From Bacteroidales bacterium (GTDB lineage: Bacteria; Bacteroidota; Bacteroidia; Bacteroidales; UBA3663): a stretch of DNA of 64,000 nucleotides. The notes beneath the pieces were generated by a model. The model saw only the letters and a program-made list of their open reading frames with translations, was not told the DNA's origin and ran no database searches. The position numbers and the translations under genes were made by a program. Location of the stretch: assembly GCA_017519885.1 (NCBI GenBank), contig JAFWRO010000014.1:38086-102085 (forward strand), written 5' to 3'. Positions 1-6,976 of this stretch are shown here, one piece after another; positions within the stretch are counted from its first letter, which is position 1; the number at the start of each line of letters is the position of its first letter.

Positions 1-356
1 GCACTCTCTTCCGATTCGAATTGTCCTTCTGGCACTTCGGGATCGAACATGGCATTTTCCAATTCCTCTACCCCATTCATACGAGCTTCAACAGGCGGTT
101 GATACAAACAGCCTTTGAAAATGTAGAAGAGCACATTGGCGACGATGACAAACAGCACAAACAAGATGAGCAACTTGCGTATGCTCCATCCGTCTTTGGG
201 TTTATTGTATCGTCCCTCTTCCCTATCGAAACTCTTTTTCTCGGGCACGGAATCATCTTTTGAACCCTCTGCCGACGGATTAACTGGCACAGTGTTCTTG
301 TCGAAGGTTTCGTCCTTACCGATGATACGAATTTCAGAATCTTTTATGTCTTCCAT
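1..356 (-). CDS. Hypothetical single-TM membrane protein, partial (runs off the left edge)
   Basis: Read by hand from ATG at 356: MEDIKDSEIRIIGKDETF...WSIRKLLILFVLFVIVANVLFYIFKG..., open to position 1; starts 18 bp after the LytTR stop. Confidence 0.75.
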   Translation of the reverse strand, partial: MEDIKDSEIRIIGKDETFDKNTVPVNPSAEGSKDDSVPEKKSFDREEGRYNKPKDGWSIRKLLILFVLFVIVANVLFYIFKGCLYQPPVEARMNGVEELENAMFDPEVPEGQFESEES

Positions 357-374
357 TGTTCCGACAAAAAAACA

Positions 375-740
375 TTATTTGATAACACCATTGTCGTATG
401 CATTTTTCAACGCCGTGAGGGCATCCTTCGAAGCAGTGATTGGGTATCTCACACCACAACCATTGCTCAGAATGAGCTGGCCCTTGGACGGATTGATGAC
501 ATAGACATAGTCGAGATTGATAATCAAGCTGCGGCCCACACGCAGGAACCGGTTGTCTTCCTTATCAAGTTGTTCGCGCATGATTTCTTCAAGTTGTCCC
601 AACTGGCATACCAGCACCTGTTCGTCATCATCGGCCATCTTGAAACGGGAATAGTTCCCCTCGGCAGCAATATAGACGATGCTGTCGATCGGGAACCTGT
701 AGAGGCCAATGGTGTTGGAGATTGTCAGATGCGAGGTCAT
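375..740 (-). CDS. Stand-alone LytTR DNA-binding domain protein
   Basis: IVYIAAEGNYS and FLRVGRSLIINL motifs; 121 aa, no receiver domain. Confidence 0.9.
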   Translation of the reverse strand: MTSHLTISNTIGLYRFPIDSIVYIAAEGNYSRFKMADDDEQVLVCQLGQLEEIMREQLDKEDNRFLRVGRSLIINLDYVYVINPSKGQLILSNGCGVRYPITASKDALTALKNAYDNGVIK

Positions 741-781
741 CCTTGAATTGTTTACAATAAAACGCTTTTAATTATTTGCTG

Positions 782-885
782 CAAAGATAAGGGTATTTTT
801 TGTATTCTCCAAACCAAAAATCATCAACCAAGTCCGCCGGCACCCCTATTTTGTTTAATTTAACACTTTCGATGGTGCAAAGATA
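782..885 (-). promoter_or_regulatory. Two tandem Bacteroidetes -7 elements (TATCTTTG on minus) upstream of lytTR
   Basis: CAAAGATA at 782-789 and 878-885 match the TAnnTTTG consensus. Confidence 0.65.
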
Positions 886-922
886 GGGTTTATCAAACAT
901 ATTTCCAAAAAAAATGGGACAA

Positions 923-954
923 ATTGTACGAAACCCATATCCTATTGTACGAAA
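923..954. promoter_or_regulatory. Direct repeat ATTGTACGAAA x2 at 21-bp period; candidate LytTR/AraC-type operator
   Basis: Copies at 923-933 and 944-954, just upstream of the minus-strand promoter. Confidence 0.5.
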
Positions 955-962
955 TGTCTCGT

Positions 963-973
963 GTCACTTTTAC
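963..973. promoter_or_regulatory. Candidate NrtR box (GT-N7-AC)
   Basis: gtGTcacttttACgcataa. Confidence 0.55.
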
Positions 974-1070
974 GCATAAATAACAATCACCAATTAATTC
1001 GAACAAATGGGATACAATACCAAATAACACATAAATTTTTGATAGTGTATTGAAATTTGACTATGTTTAT

Positions 1071-1081
1071 GTAAAAATGAC
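1071..1081. promoter_or_regulatory. Candidate NrtR box (GT-N7-AC)
   Basis: ttatGTaaaaatgACgcaataa. Confidence 0.55.
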
Positions 1082-1162
1082 GCAATAAGTCGGGGTGTCA
1101 GATAGCAAAATTGAAGATTTGTAGAGGAAAAGACACATTTTTTGAAAAAAGTTACGAAATAG

Positions 1163-1194
1163 TTTGGTGGATGAAGAAATTTTTCCTATCTTTG
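1163..1194 (+). promoter_or_regulatory. Bacteroidetes promoter (-33 TTTG, -7 TATCTTTG) for the ECF sigma gene
   Basis: TTTG 1163-1166, TATCTTTG 1187-1194, ATG at 1222. Confidence 0.7.
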
Positions 1195-1221
1195 CAGTGC
1201 AATTCGACAAACTTTAGCGAT

Positions 1222-2025
1222 ATGAAGAGAGAGTATTTTGAAATCATGAACACGGAAGAGGAGAAAATTACTCGTTCGAAAATGTTGGAACTTTTGACGA
1301 AGCGTTACGGAATTCCGGAATTCGACGCCAAAGACATTCTGCAAGACGCCTGGCTGGTCCTTCTGGAAAAGCTGATGGTTGGAACACTTACCGAGAAGCC
1401 GAAAAACCTGATGGCTTACATGACGAGCATTTGCATCAACAAAGCTCACGAGTACCTCCGCAAGCGGACGTACGAGAACCTGGAGACTTCGCTCGACGAC
1501 GAAAGCATCCTGCCCGAAAGGCTTGACTTGATTCAGAAAGAGATTCAATCGTGGATTGACTTCATCGAAGAGAGCGAGAAGGCACAGCAACGCAAGATGG
1601 AGGCCATCGAACAGGCCATCCGAACGCTCAACCCTCGTCAACGAGCTTTGCTCGAAGGTTACTACTACGACAAACGAACGATGAGGGAACTTGCACAGCA
1701 ACTGGGCTACAGCAACGAGGACGTAGCCAAGAGCACCAAGAACCGAATCATCAAAACGATTCGCGAAACAATCAAACAGCAGGAGAGAGCCAAACAAAGC
1801 AGGCTCTCCCCTGCTGCCTTTTTAAAGGTTATAGTTCGTGATGCCCAAGATCTGCCAGAAGTCGGCTGGAAGGGTAACATTCTCGAGCATAATGCAGTCG
1901 CGGAACAGCGGAGCAATCGTCGAGGGTGTGTAGCCTGCAATGCCACAACCGATACGAGTCACGAGGAAGCGCATATCGGGATGTTCGGCAGCGAACTTCG
2001 CAAACCGTTCCACAGCGCCAGTTAA
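1222..2025 (+). CDS. ECF-type sigma-70 factor; reading frame extends through a terminator into the convergent gene
   Basis: Region 2 DAKDILQDAWLVL...YMTSICINKAHEYLRK; region 4 LNPRQRALLEGYYYDKRTMRELAQQLGYSNEDVAKSTK; sigma-like sequence ends near 1820. Confidence 0.85.
   Translation: MKREYFEIMNTEEEKITRSKMLELLTKRYGIPEFDAKDILQDAWLVLLEKLMVGTLTEKPKNLMAYMTSICINKAHEYLRKRTYENLETSLDDESILPERLDLIQKEIQSWIDFIEESEKAQQRKMEAIEQAIRTLNPRQRALLEGYYYDKRTMRELAQQLGYSNEDVAKSTKNRIIKTIRETIKQQERAKQSRLSPAAFLKVIVRDAQDLPEVGWKGNILEHNAVAEQRSNRRGCVACNATTDTSHEEAHIGMFGSELRKPFHSAS
1777..1823. terminator. Intrinsic terminator-like hairpin between convergent genes
   Basis: CAGCAGGAGAGAGCC-loop-GGCTCTCCCCTGCTG (1 mismatch) followed by a T5 run. 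Confidence 0.7.
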
Positions 2026-2895
2026 GCTTGCGATGCCTTCCATCGTCGGGATGGCATAGCTCTGACCCTGCAAGCCTTCACCCTGTCCCCAGATGGCGCC
2101 GAAATGATGCATAGCTGCTGCAGCCGCACCACCTGCATGATAGCCCCTGATGTTGCTACCGAAGACGAAGATCTCACCGGCATTAAGCGAGCTGATGTTG
2201 TCGGGGGTTACTCTTGGACCATAGTATTCGCGTGCGAACTGACGCTTTTGCTCCATCATCTCCATTGCAGAAAGCGATGCCTCGTGGCCGTACATATCGT
2301 TCATCTTACGATAATAGGCTCTCTTCGAAGAACGCTCACGAAGCCAAGTGTTATGGGTTCCACGTTCATCGTGGGCAAATTCCACCACATTGTCGATTGC
2401 CAGAAGGTCGGTCACTTCCTTCACGTTGTGTGCCGAGCCCATATAGGAGAATGTCCAGCCTTCGGTCTTCAGCTTTTCAATCAGACTGCGAAGGGCAGAG
2501 GCTGTCCATTCGCGGGAAGAATTCTCCAATCCATCGGTCAAGACCGTGACCACGGCAGCCGCATCGGGGTCATCCTTGATGCGGTCGTGCAGGCGTGTCA
2601 GCGACTGGCCCATCGCATCGTAGAGAGGCGTGCCTCCACAAGGCATATAGTCAGTGAACTCCTTGACCTCCGCGATAGGCTTGTTGTCGATCATCGTCCG
2701 CACATAAGGAGTGTTACCCGTGTCGAAAGTGACAAGCGTCAGCGTATGATCCTGCGTCTCTTTAAACTCCTCCTGGGCACTGCGGATGGTTCCAATCGTC
2801 TCGTTGATTCCCGAAAGGGTTGCTTCCCTCAGGTGTCCCATTGATCCACTCTCATCAACGATAATCAAGTTGTAAATACGTGCTTTTTTCTCCAT
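1822..2895 (-). CDS. vWA domain fused to an A1S_2505-like (putative macro-like) C-terminal domain
   Basis: MIDAS-type IIVDESGSM, GGTPLYDA, VLTDGLEN; C-terminal EIFVFGSNIRGYHAGGAA...SYAIPT...FLVTRIGCGIAGY. Confidence 0.8.
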   Translation of the reverse strand: MEKKARIYNLIIVDESGSMGHLREATLSGINETIGTIRSAQEEFKETQDHTLTLVTFDTGNTPYVRTMIDNKPIAEVKEFTDYMPCGGTPLYDAMGQSLTRLHDRIKDDPDAAAVVTVLTDGLENSSREWTASALRSLIEKLKTEGWTFSYMGSAHNVKEVTDLLAIDNVVEFAHDERGTHNTWLRERSSKRAYYRKMNDMYGHEASLSAMEMMEQKRQFAREYYGPRVTPDNISSLNAGEIFVFGSNIRGYHAGGAAAAAMHHFGAIWGQGEGLQGQSYAIPTMEGIASLTGAVERFAKFAAEHPDMRFLVTRIGCGIAGYTPSTIAPLFRDCIMLENVTLPADFWQILGITNYNL

Positions 2896-2970
2896 AACAA
2901 TTGTTTTTTAAGTTTGACTGTTAATAATATATTTAAAAGGTGTATTATTCAAATAAGACAGCTTCACCAA

Positions 2971-3813
2971 TCAGAATGTCTTGATGTAATGTCCTTTCTC
3001 CTGCAGCCGTCCGATGACCTCGATGAAGCGTGAAGGCAGTTTGTCGAGTGCATCACCGGCAAGATCAGAGGGGATTTCCTTATAGAAGGCTTCGGCTATG
3101 CCGCCCGTAATGCAGGCAATGGTGTCGCTGTCGCCACCCAGAGTGACAGCCAGTCGAATAGCATCCTCGTAGTCTCGACTATCGAGGAAGGCGACGATGG
3201 CTTCGGGTACCGTGCCCTGGCAACTGCCATTGAAATAGTAGGTCGGACGAATGTCATCGCAGGTGCGATGCAGGTCGTATCCATATTTCTCCTCGATGTA
3301 TTTGCGGATTTCCTCCTTCGTGCTGCCTGTCCGTGCCATGAAGATGGCTGCCGCCGTGGCTTGTGCTCCCTTGATGCCCTCGGGGTGATTGTGAGTGATG
3401 GATGCCGAGATTTCGGCAGCATTCTCGGTCTGCCAAAGTGTATCGAACATCCAGCCTACTGCCGAAACGCGCATGGCCGAACCATTGCCCCAGGAATTGT
3501 AGGGGACTCGTTCGCCGCCCGTATAGAAACCGCGATAGTCCTTGAGTTGCTCGGGATAGAAGAGCCAGGTGCGGAAGCCACCACCATATCCTCCCATCGG
3601 GCAGGGAAATTCGTTGGCAAACTCCACCAGTTTCTGTTCCAGAACCGCGTGCGAGAGGTTGGGGTCATCGAGAAGCCACTCGGCAACTGCCACAGTGCAG
3701 ATGCTGTCGTCAGTGAAATTGCTAAACAGGTCGAAGAGCGGGAAGTTGTAGTCATGCGTGTTGCAGAACTCGAATGTTGATCCAGCGATATCGCCTATGA
3801 TTGCTCCTAACAT
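2971..3813 (-). CDS. ADP-ribosylglycohydrolase (DraG/ARH family)
   Basis: GAIIGDIAGS, FTDDS, GNGSAMR, THNHPEG, GGDSDTIACITGGIAEA motifs. Confidence 0.93.
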   Translation of the reverse strand: MLGAIIGDIAGSTFEFCNTHDYNFPLFDLFSNFTDDSICTVAVAEWLLDDPNLSHAVLEQKLVEFANEFPCPMGGYGGGFRTWLFYPEQLKDYRGFYTGGERVPYNSWGNGSAMRVSAVGWMFDTLWQTENAAEISASITHNHPEGIKGAQATAAAIFMARTGSTKEEIRKYIEEKYGYDLHRTCDDIRPTYYFNGSCQGTVPEAIVAFLDSRDYEDAIRLAVTLGGDSDTIACITGGIAEAFYKEIPSDLAGDALDKLPSRFIEVIGRLQEKGHYIKTF

Positions 3814-3892
3814 ACGTGTATATTTTTAATTGGGTTTACTTGTTTTTGGAATGTTTCCGGCGGCACAAGCCACCGGAAAATTGTGAGTGGGT

Positions 3893-4516
3893 TTATTCTT
3901 CGACAGCCTTGACGTAGAAGTATTTCGGATAACGACCTACGACGAAGAGCGTCACCGGGCAAAGCCAAAGGGTGCGAGGCATTGATTCTCCCGTCAGTGG
4001 GTGTTTGCGTATAAACTGTTCAGTCTTGTTTCCTCGAACCGTATAAGTGGCACCTCCTGTCAGCGAAGACTGAGTCTGAGACAATTCGTGCCAACCGTCC
4101 TGCATAAGCTGCTGGAATTCCGCCTCGTCAAGCTTTTCGGAAGTAGCCTTCGCGATAATCGAGACTCGATCCTTTCCTTCACTCAAGAGGTCCAGGAACT
4201 TGTCCGCGCCACAAACCATCTCAAGGTTACCCTTCTTCCAAGGCCAATTCGGGAAATCAACGAACCAGCGATCCTCCTCTTCGCGATTGAAGGAGAGCTT
4301 GTATTCCTCCTTACGACCGGTAATGGCACTGCCCAAAAGCCTTACCAACTTCATTACGCTCATTCCGTCCACATCGCCATAACCGGACAACTGTTCGGTC
4401 ACGACCTTGCGAATCTCGGAAATCGAGAGGCTATCGGCTGTCATCTGATCATTGTCACGAACTGTCTTCTTCGAATTTTCTGTGTTACTCATTGTTCTTA
4501 CTGTTTGGTTAAACAT
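3893..4516 (-). CDS. Hypothetical protein, DUF6717-like C-terminal domain (start may be 4492)
   Basis: MVCGADKFLDLL and WLCPVTLFVVGRYP motifs recalled from DUF6717; family call is tentative. Confidence 0.65.
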   Translation of the reverse strand: MFNQTVRTMSNTENSKKTVRDNDQMTADSLSISEIRKVVTEQLSGYGDVDGMSVMKLVRLLGSAITGRKEEYKLSFNREEEDRWFVDFPNWPWKKGNLEMVCGADKFLDLLSEGKDRVSIIAKATSEKLDEAEFQQLMQDGWHELSQTQSSLTGGATYTVRGNKTEQFIRKHPLTGESMPRTLWLCPVTLFVVGRYPKYFYVKAVEE

Positions 4517-4546
4517 TCAGAGATTTGTCATCCCTCATTATTATGT

Positions 4547-4557
4547 GTCAAAAAGAC
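4547..4557. promoter_or_regulatory. Candidate NrtR box (GT-N7-AC) just upstream of the DUF6717-ARH-vWA genes
   Basis: ttatgtGTcaaaaagACcaaaa. Confidence 0.6.
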
Positions 4558-4676
4558 CAAAAGGTAAACATATTTCCCAAAATAGAAAGAATTTTGTACA
4601 AAAAAAATAAATCTTCAGCCATATAAAGGGAATAAGACCTTTTGCCAACTAATAATGCAAAGCATATGCCAAAAAG

Positions 4677-4701
4677 AAAGTGCGTCAGATTGACACACTT
4701 T
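4677..4701. promoter_or_regulatory. Candidate NrtR box, 25-bp imperfect palindrome
   Basis: AAAGTGCGTCAGATTGACACACTTT with a GT-N7-AC core at 4684-4694. Confidence 0.65.
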
Positions 4702-4774
4702 AATATGAAAACAAAAGAAAGGTTTGTTCCTAAAAAAGAAGAATACTGACAATCTGTCACAGATTAGCGACATA

Positions 4775-5545
4775 TCAGAAGATCAGGTTCGAGAGCCTGC
4801 CGGTGCGCTTGAATTCCTCGTACTTTTCAAGATTAAGCTGATAGTTGATGTTCCTCGATTCGGTGGGGAATACATCAAGAATGCCACTGTCGAGCATCTT
4901 ACGAGCAAAATTGCGACGGTCGAAATTCTTTTCGAGAATGGCCTCATAGAGTTTCTGGAGCGTCGACATCGAGAATCGCTTGGGCAAAAGTTTGAAGGCC
5001 AAAGGTTCGAAGCACAACTGCTGTTGCAGACGGATATGGGCTGCGGTAATGATTTCGTCGTGGTCGAAAGCCAGAAACCGCATACCGTCAGGCAGATTCT
5101 TGATGGTATTGAGCACCTGATAAAGTGGAACCCATTTGGCATCGGCAGCATCATCTCCACCCCGTACAGGTTGGATGGTCACCAAAGCATAATAGGCGTC
5201 CGTGATCGTGATGCATCGAGGATCTCGCCCTGGAGTACTCCATGTACCAAGTTCATAGATGTTCTGAACGTCGAAGCCGGTCTCCTCCTTCAGCTCTCGT
5301 TTGGCACATTCAAGGAGACTCTCGTTCTTCTCCTCGACCACCAAGCCGTATTCGTTGGTCTTGGCCTCGATTTTGATGAAACCACCCGGCAGAGCATAAC
5401 GTCCCTTGAAAGGTTCAATGCCTCGTTCGATGAGCAACACCTTCAGGAGTTCATCGGTCATATCGAAACCGAAAATGACACAATCGGTGGTGACTGCGGG
5501 TCGTGGATAGATATATCCAAAGTGGGGTTTTTCGTGATTTTCCAT
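4775..5545 (-). CDS. nrtR: NrtR-family regulator (Nudix + winged HTH)
   Basis: YPRPAVTTDCVIF, ALPGGF...RELKEETG, PGRDPR, LAFDH, then LLPKRFSMSTLQKLYEAIL...DRRNFARK wHTH. Confidence 0.88.
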   Translation of the reverse strand: MENHEKPHFGYIYPRPAVTTDCVIFGFDMTDELLKVLLIERGIEPFKGRYALPGGFIKIEAKTNEYGLVVEEKNESLLECAKRELKEETGFDVQNIYELGTWSTPGRDPRCITITDAYYALVTIQPVRGGDDAADAKWVPLYQVLNTIKNLPDGMRFLAFDHDEIITAAHIRLQQQLCFEPLAFKLLPKRFSMSTLQKLYEAILEKNFDRRNFARKMLDSGILDVFPTESRNINYQLNLEKYEEFKRTGRLSNLIF

Positions 5546-5626
5546 ATCTTTTGACTTTGTTTCGGCAAAGATACACGATTTCAGGGACAAAAACAAGTCT
5601 TAGAGGATATTTCTTTCAGAAAACGC

Positions 5627-5637
5627 GTAATTTTAAC
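5627..5637. promoter_or_regulatory. Candidate NrtR box upstream of nrtR (autoregulation)
   Basis: aaacgcGTaattttaACacaaaa; nrtR -7 element CAAAGATA lies near 5566-5573. Confidence 0.55.
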
Positions 5638-5650
5638 ACAAAACAACAAT

Positions 5651-6862
5651 TTATGCAGTCTCTTTCTTCATCTTTGGCAGATAGACGGCTATGATGCCAA
5701 GCAAGGGAAGCAAGGCACTGACCTTAAAGATGAATAGGATGCTGGTCTGATCGGCCAGCCATCCAAAGAAACTGCTGCCAAGTCCTCCCAGTCCGAACGA
5801 AAGGCCATAGAAGATGCCTGCCACCGTGCCTGTATGATGCGGCATGAGATCGGTGGCATAAACGAGGATGGCCGAGAATGCGGACGCCATAACCATACCA
5901 ATCACGATGGACAGACCAACGGTAGCGGCAAAGCCATCGAGATAAGGAAGTAGCAACGTGAAGGGTGCAGCCCCGAATATCGAGAACCATATCACATACT
6001 TTCGACCATACTTGTCACCAATCCATCCTCCCACGATGGTTCCAACGACCTGAGAGGCAAGGAAGGCGAAGAGACAGACTTGTGCATTGGCCACCGAAAT
6101 GTGGAATTTGTCGATGAGGAAGAATGTAAAATAATTAGTCATACTCGAAGTATAGAAGTTCTTCGAGAACATCAGCATAAATAGGATGAAGATGAAGAAA
6201 TAGATTCTTCGCCGGCTATATTGCTTCGCTGTAGCCCAATGCTCGACGGCTTTCTTTCGTGCTTCTTTCATCTCCTGCACAAGCCATCGACCGATGTAGC
6301 CTAAGATGATGGCAAGAAAGATGGCTACGAAGGCGAGCAGGCGAACACCAGCAAGCCCTCTTGGCAGTACGATGAGTGCAGCAAGTAATGGGCCAATGGA
6401 ATAACCTCCATTGCCGCCTACCTGAAAGATGCTTTGCGCCAATCCCTTCCGTCCTCCTGATGCTACCTGTGCCACTTGCGAAGCCTGAGGATGGAAAATG
6501 GACGAACCGCATCCCATCAGGACAACGGCCATCAGAATCATCTCGTAGCTCGTAGCATATGACAGCAGCAGGATGCCTGACAGTGTAAAGAGCATGCTCA
6601 CAGACAACTGCCAGGAATGGTGGTGTTTGTCGGCATAAAACCCAACAAACGGTTGCAGGATGGACGATGTGACCTGAAGCACCAACGTGATGGCTCCAAT
6701 CTGAGCAAAACTCAGACTGAAGTCCTCCTTCAGAACAGGAAAGAGTGCAGGGATCATCGACTGCATCGTGTCGTTGAGCAAATGACAGAAGCTGACGATG
6801 AAGAGTATGGTAAAGGCGGTTTGGCCTGTCCTTCTGGACTTGGACAATTCCTTTTCGTTCAT
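5651..6862 (-). CDS. MFS transporter, fosmidomycin-resistance (Fsr)-like
   Basis: SFCHLLNDTMQS, SSIFHPQ, GLAQSIFQVGGNGG; about 12 TM segments. Confidence 0.88.
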   Translation of the reverse strand: MNEKELSKSRRTGQTAFTILFIVSFCHLLNDTMQSMIPALFPVLKEDFSLSFAQIGAITLVLQVTSSILQPFVGFYADKHHHSWQLSVSMLFTLSGILLLSYATSYEMILMAVVLMGCGSSIFHPQASQVAQVASGGRKGLAQSIFQVGGNGGYSIGPLLAALIVLPRGLAGVRLLAFVAIFLAIILGYIGRWLVQEMKEARKKAVEHWATAKQYSRRRIYFFIFILFMLMFSKNFYTSSMTNYFTFFLIDKFHISVANAQVCLFAFLASQVVGTIVGGWIGDKYGRKYVIWFSIFGAAPFTLLLPYLDGFAATVGLSIVIGMVMASAFSAILVYATDLMPHHTGTVAGIFYGLSFGLGGLGSSFFGWLADQTSILFIFKVSALLPLLGIIAVYLPKMKKETA

Positions 6863-6976
6863 TTATATTATATAATGTGTAGATTTGGCTACAAAGACGA
6901 GCGATGGCAACAATCGAAACTGGCCAGCAGAAGAGGTTCTGCCGGCCAGCGTAAACGGAGAGCTCATCCAGCGATG

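Noticed and set aside
831-1105. Invertible promoter between lytTR and the sigma gene
   Set aside because: Only weak inverted similarity (GGCACCCC vs GGGGTGTC), no clean inverted repeat pair and no recombinase nearby.
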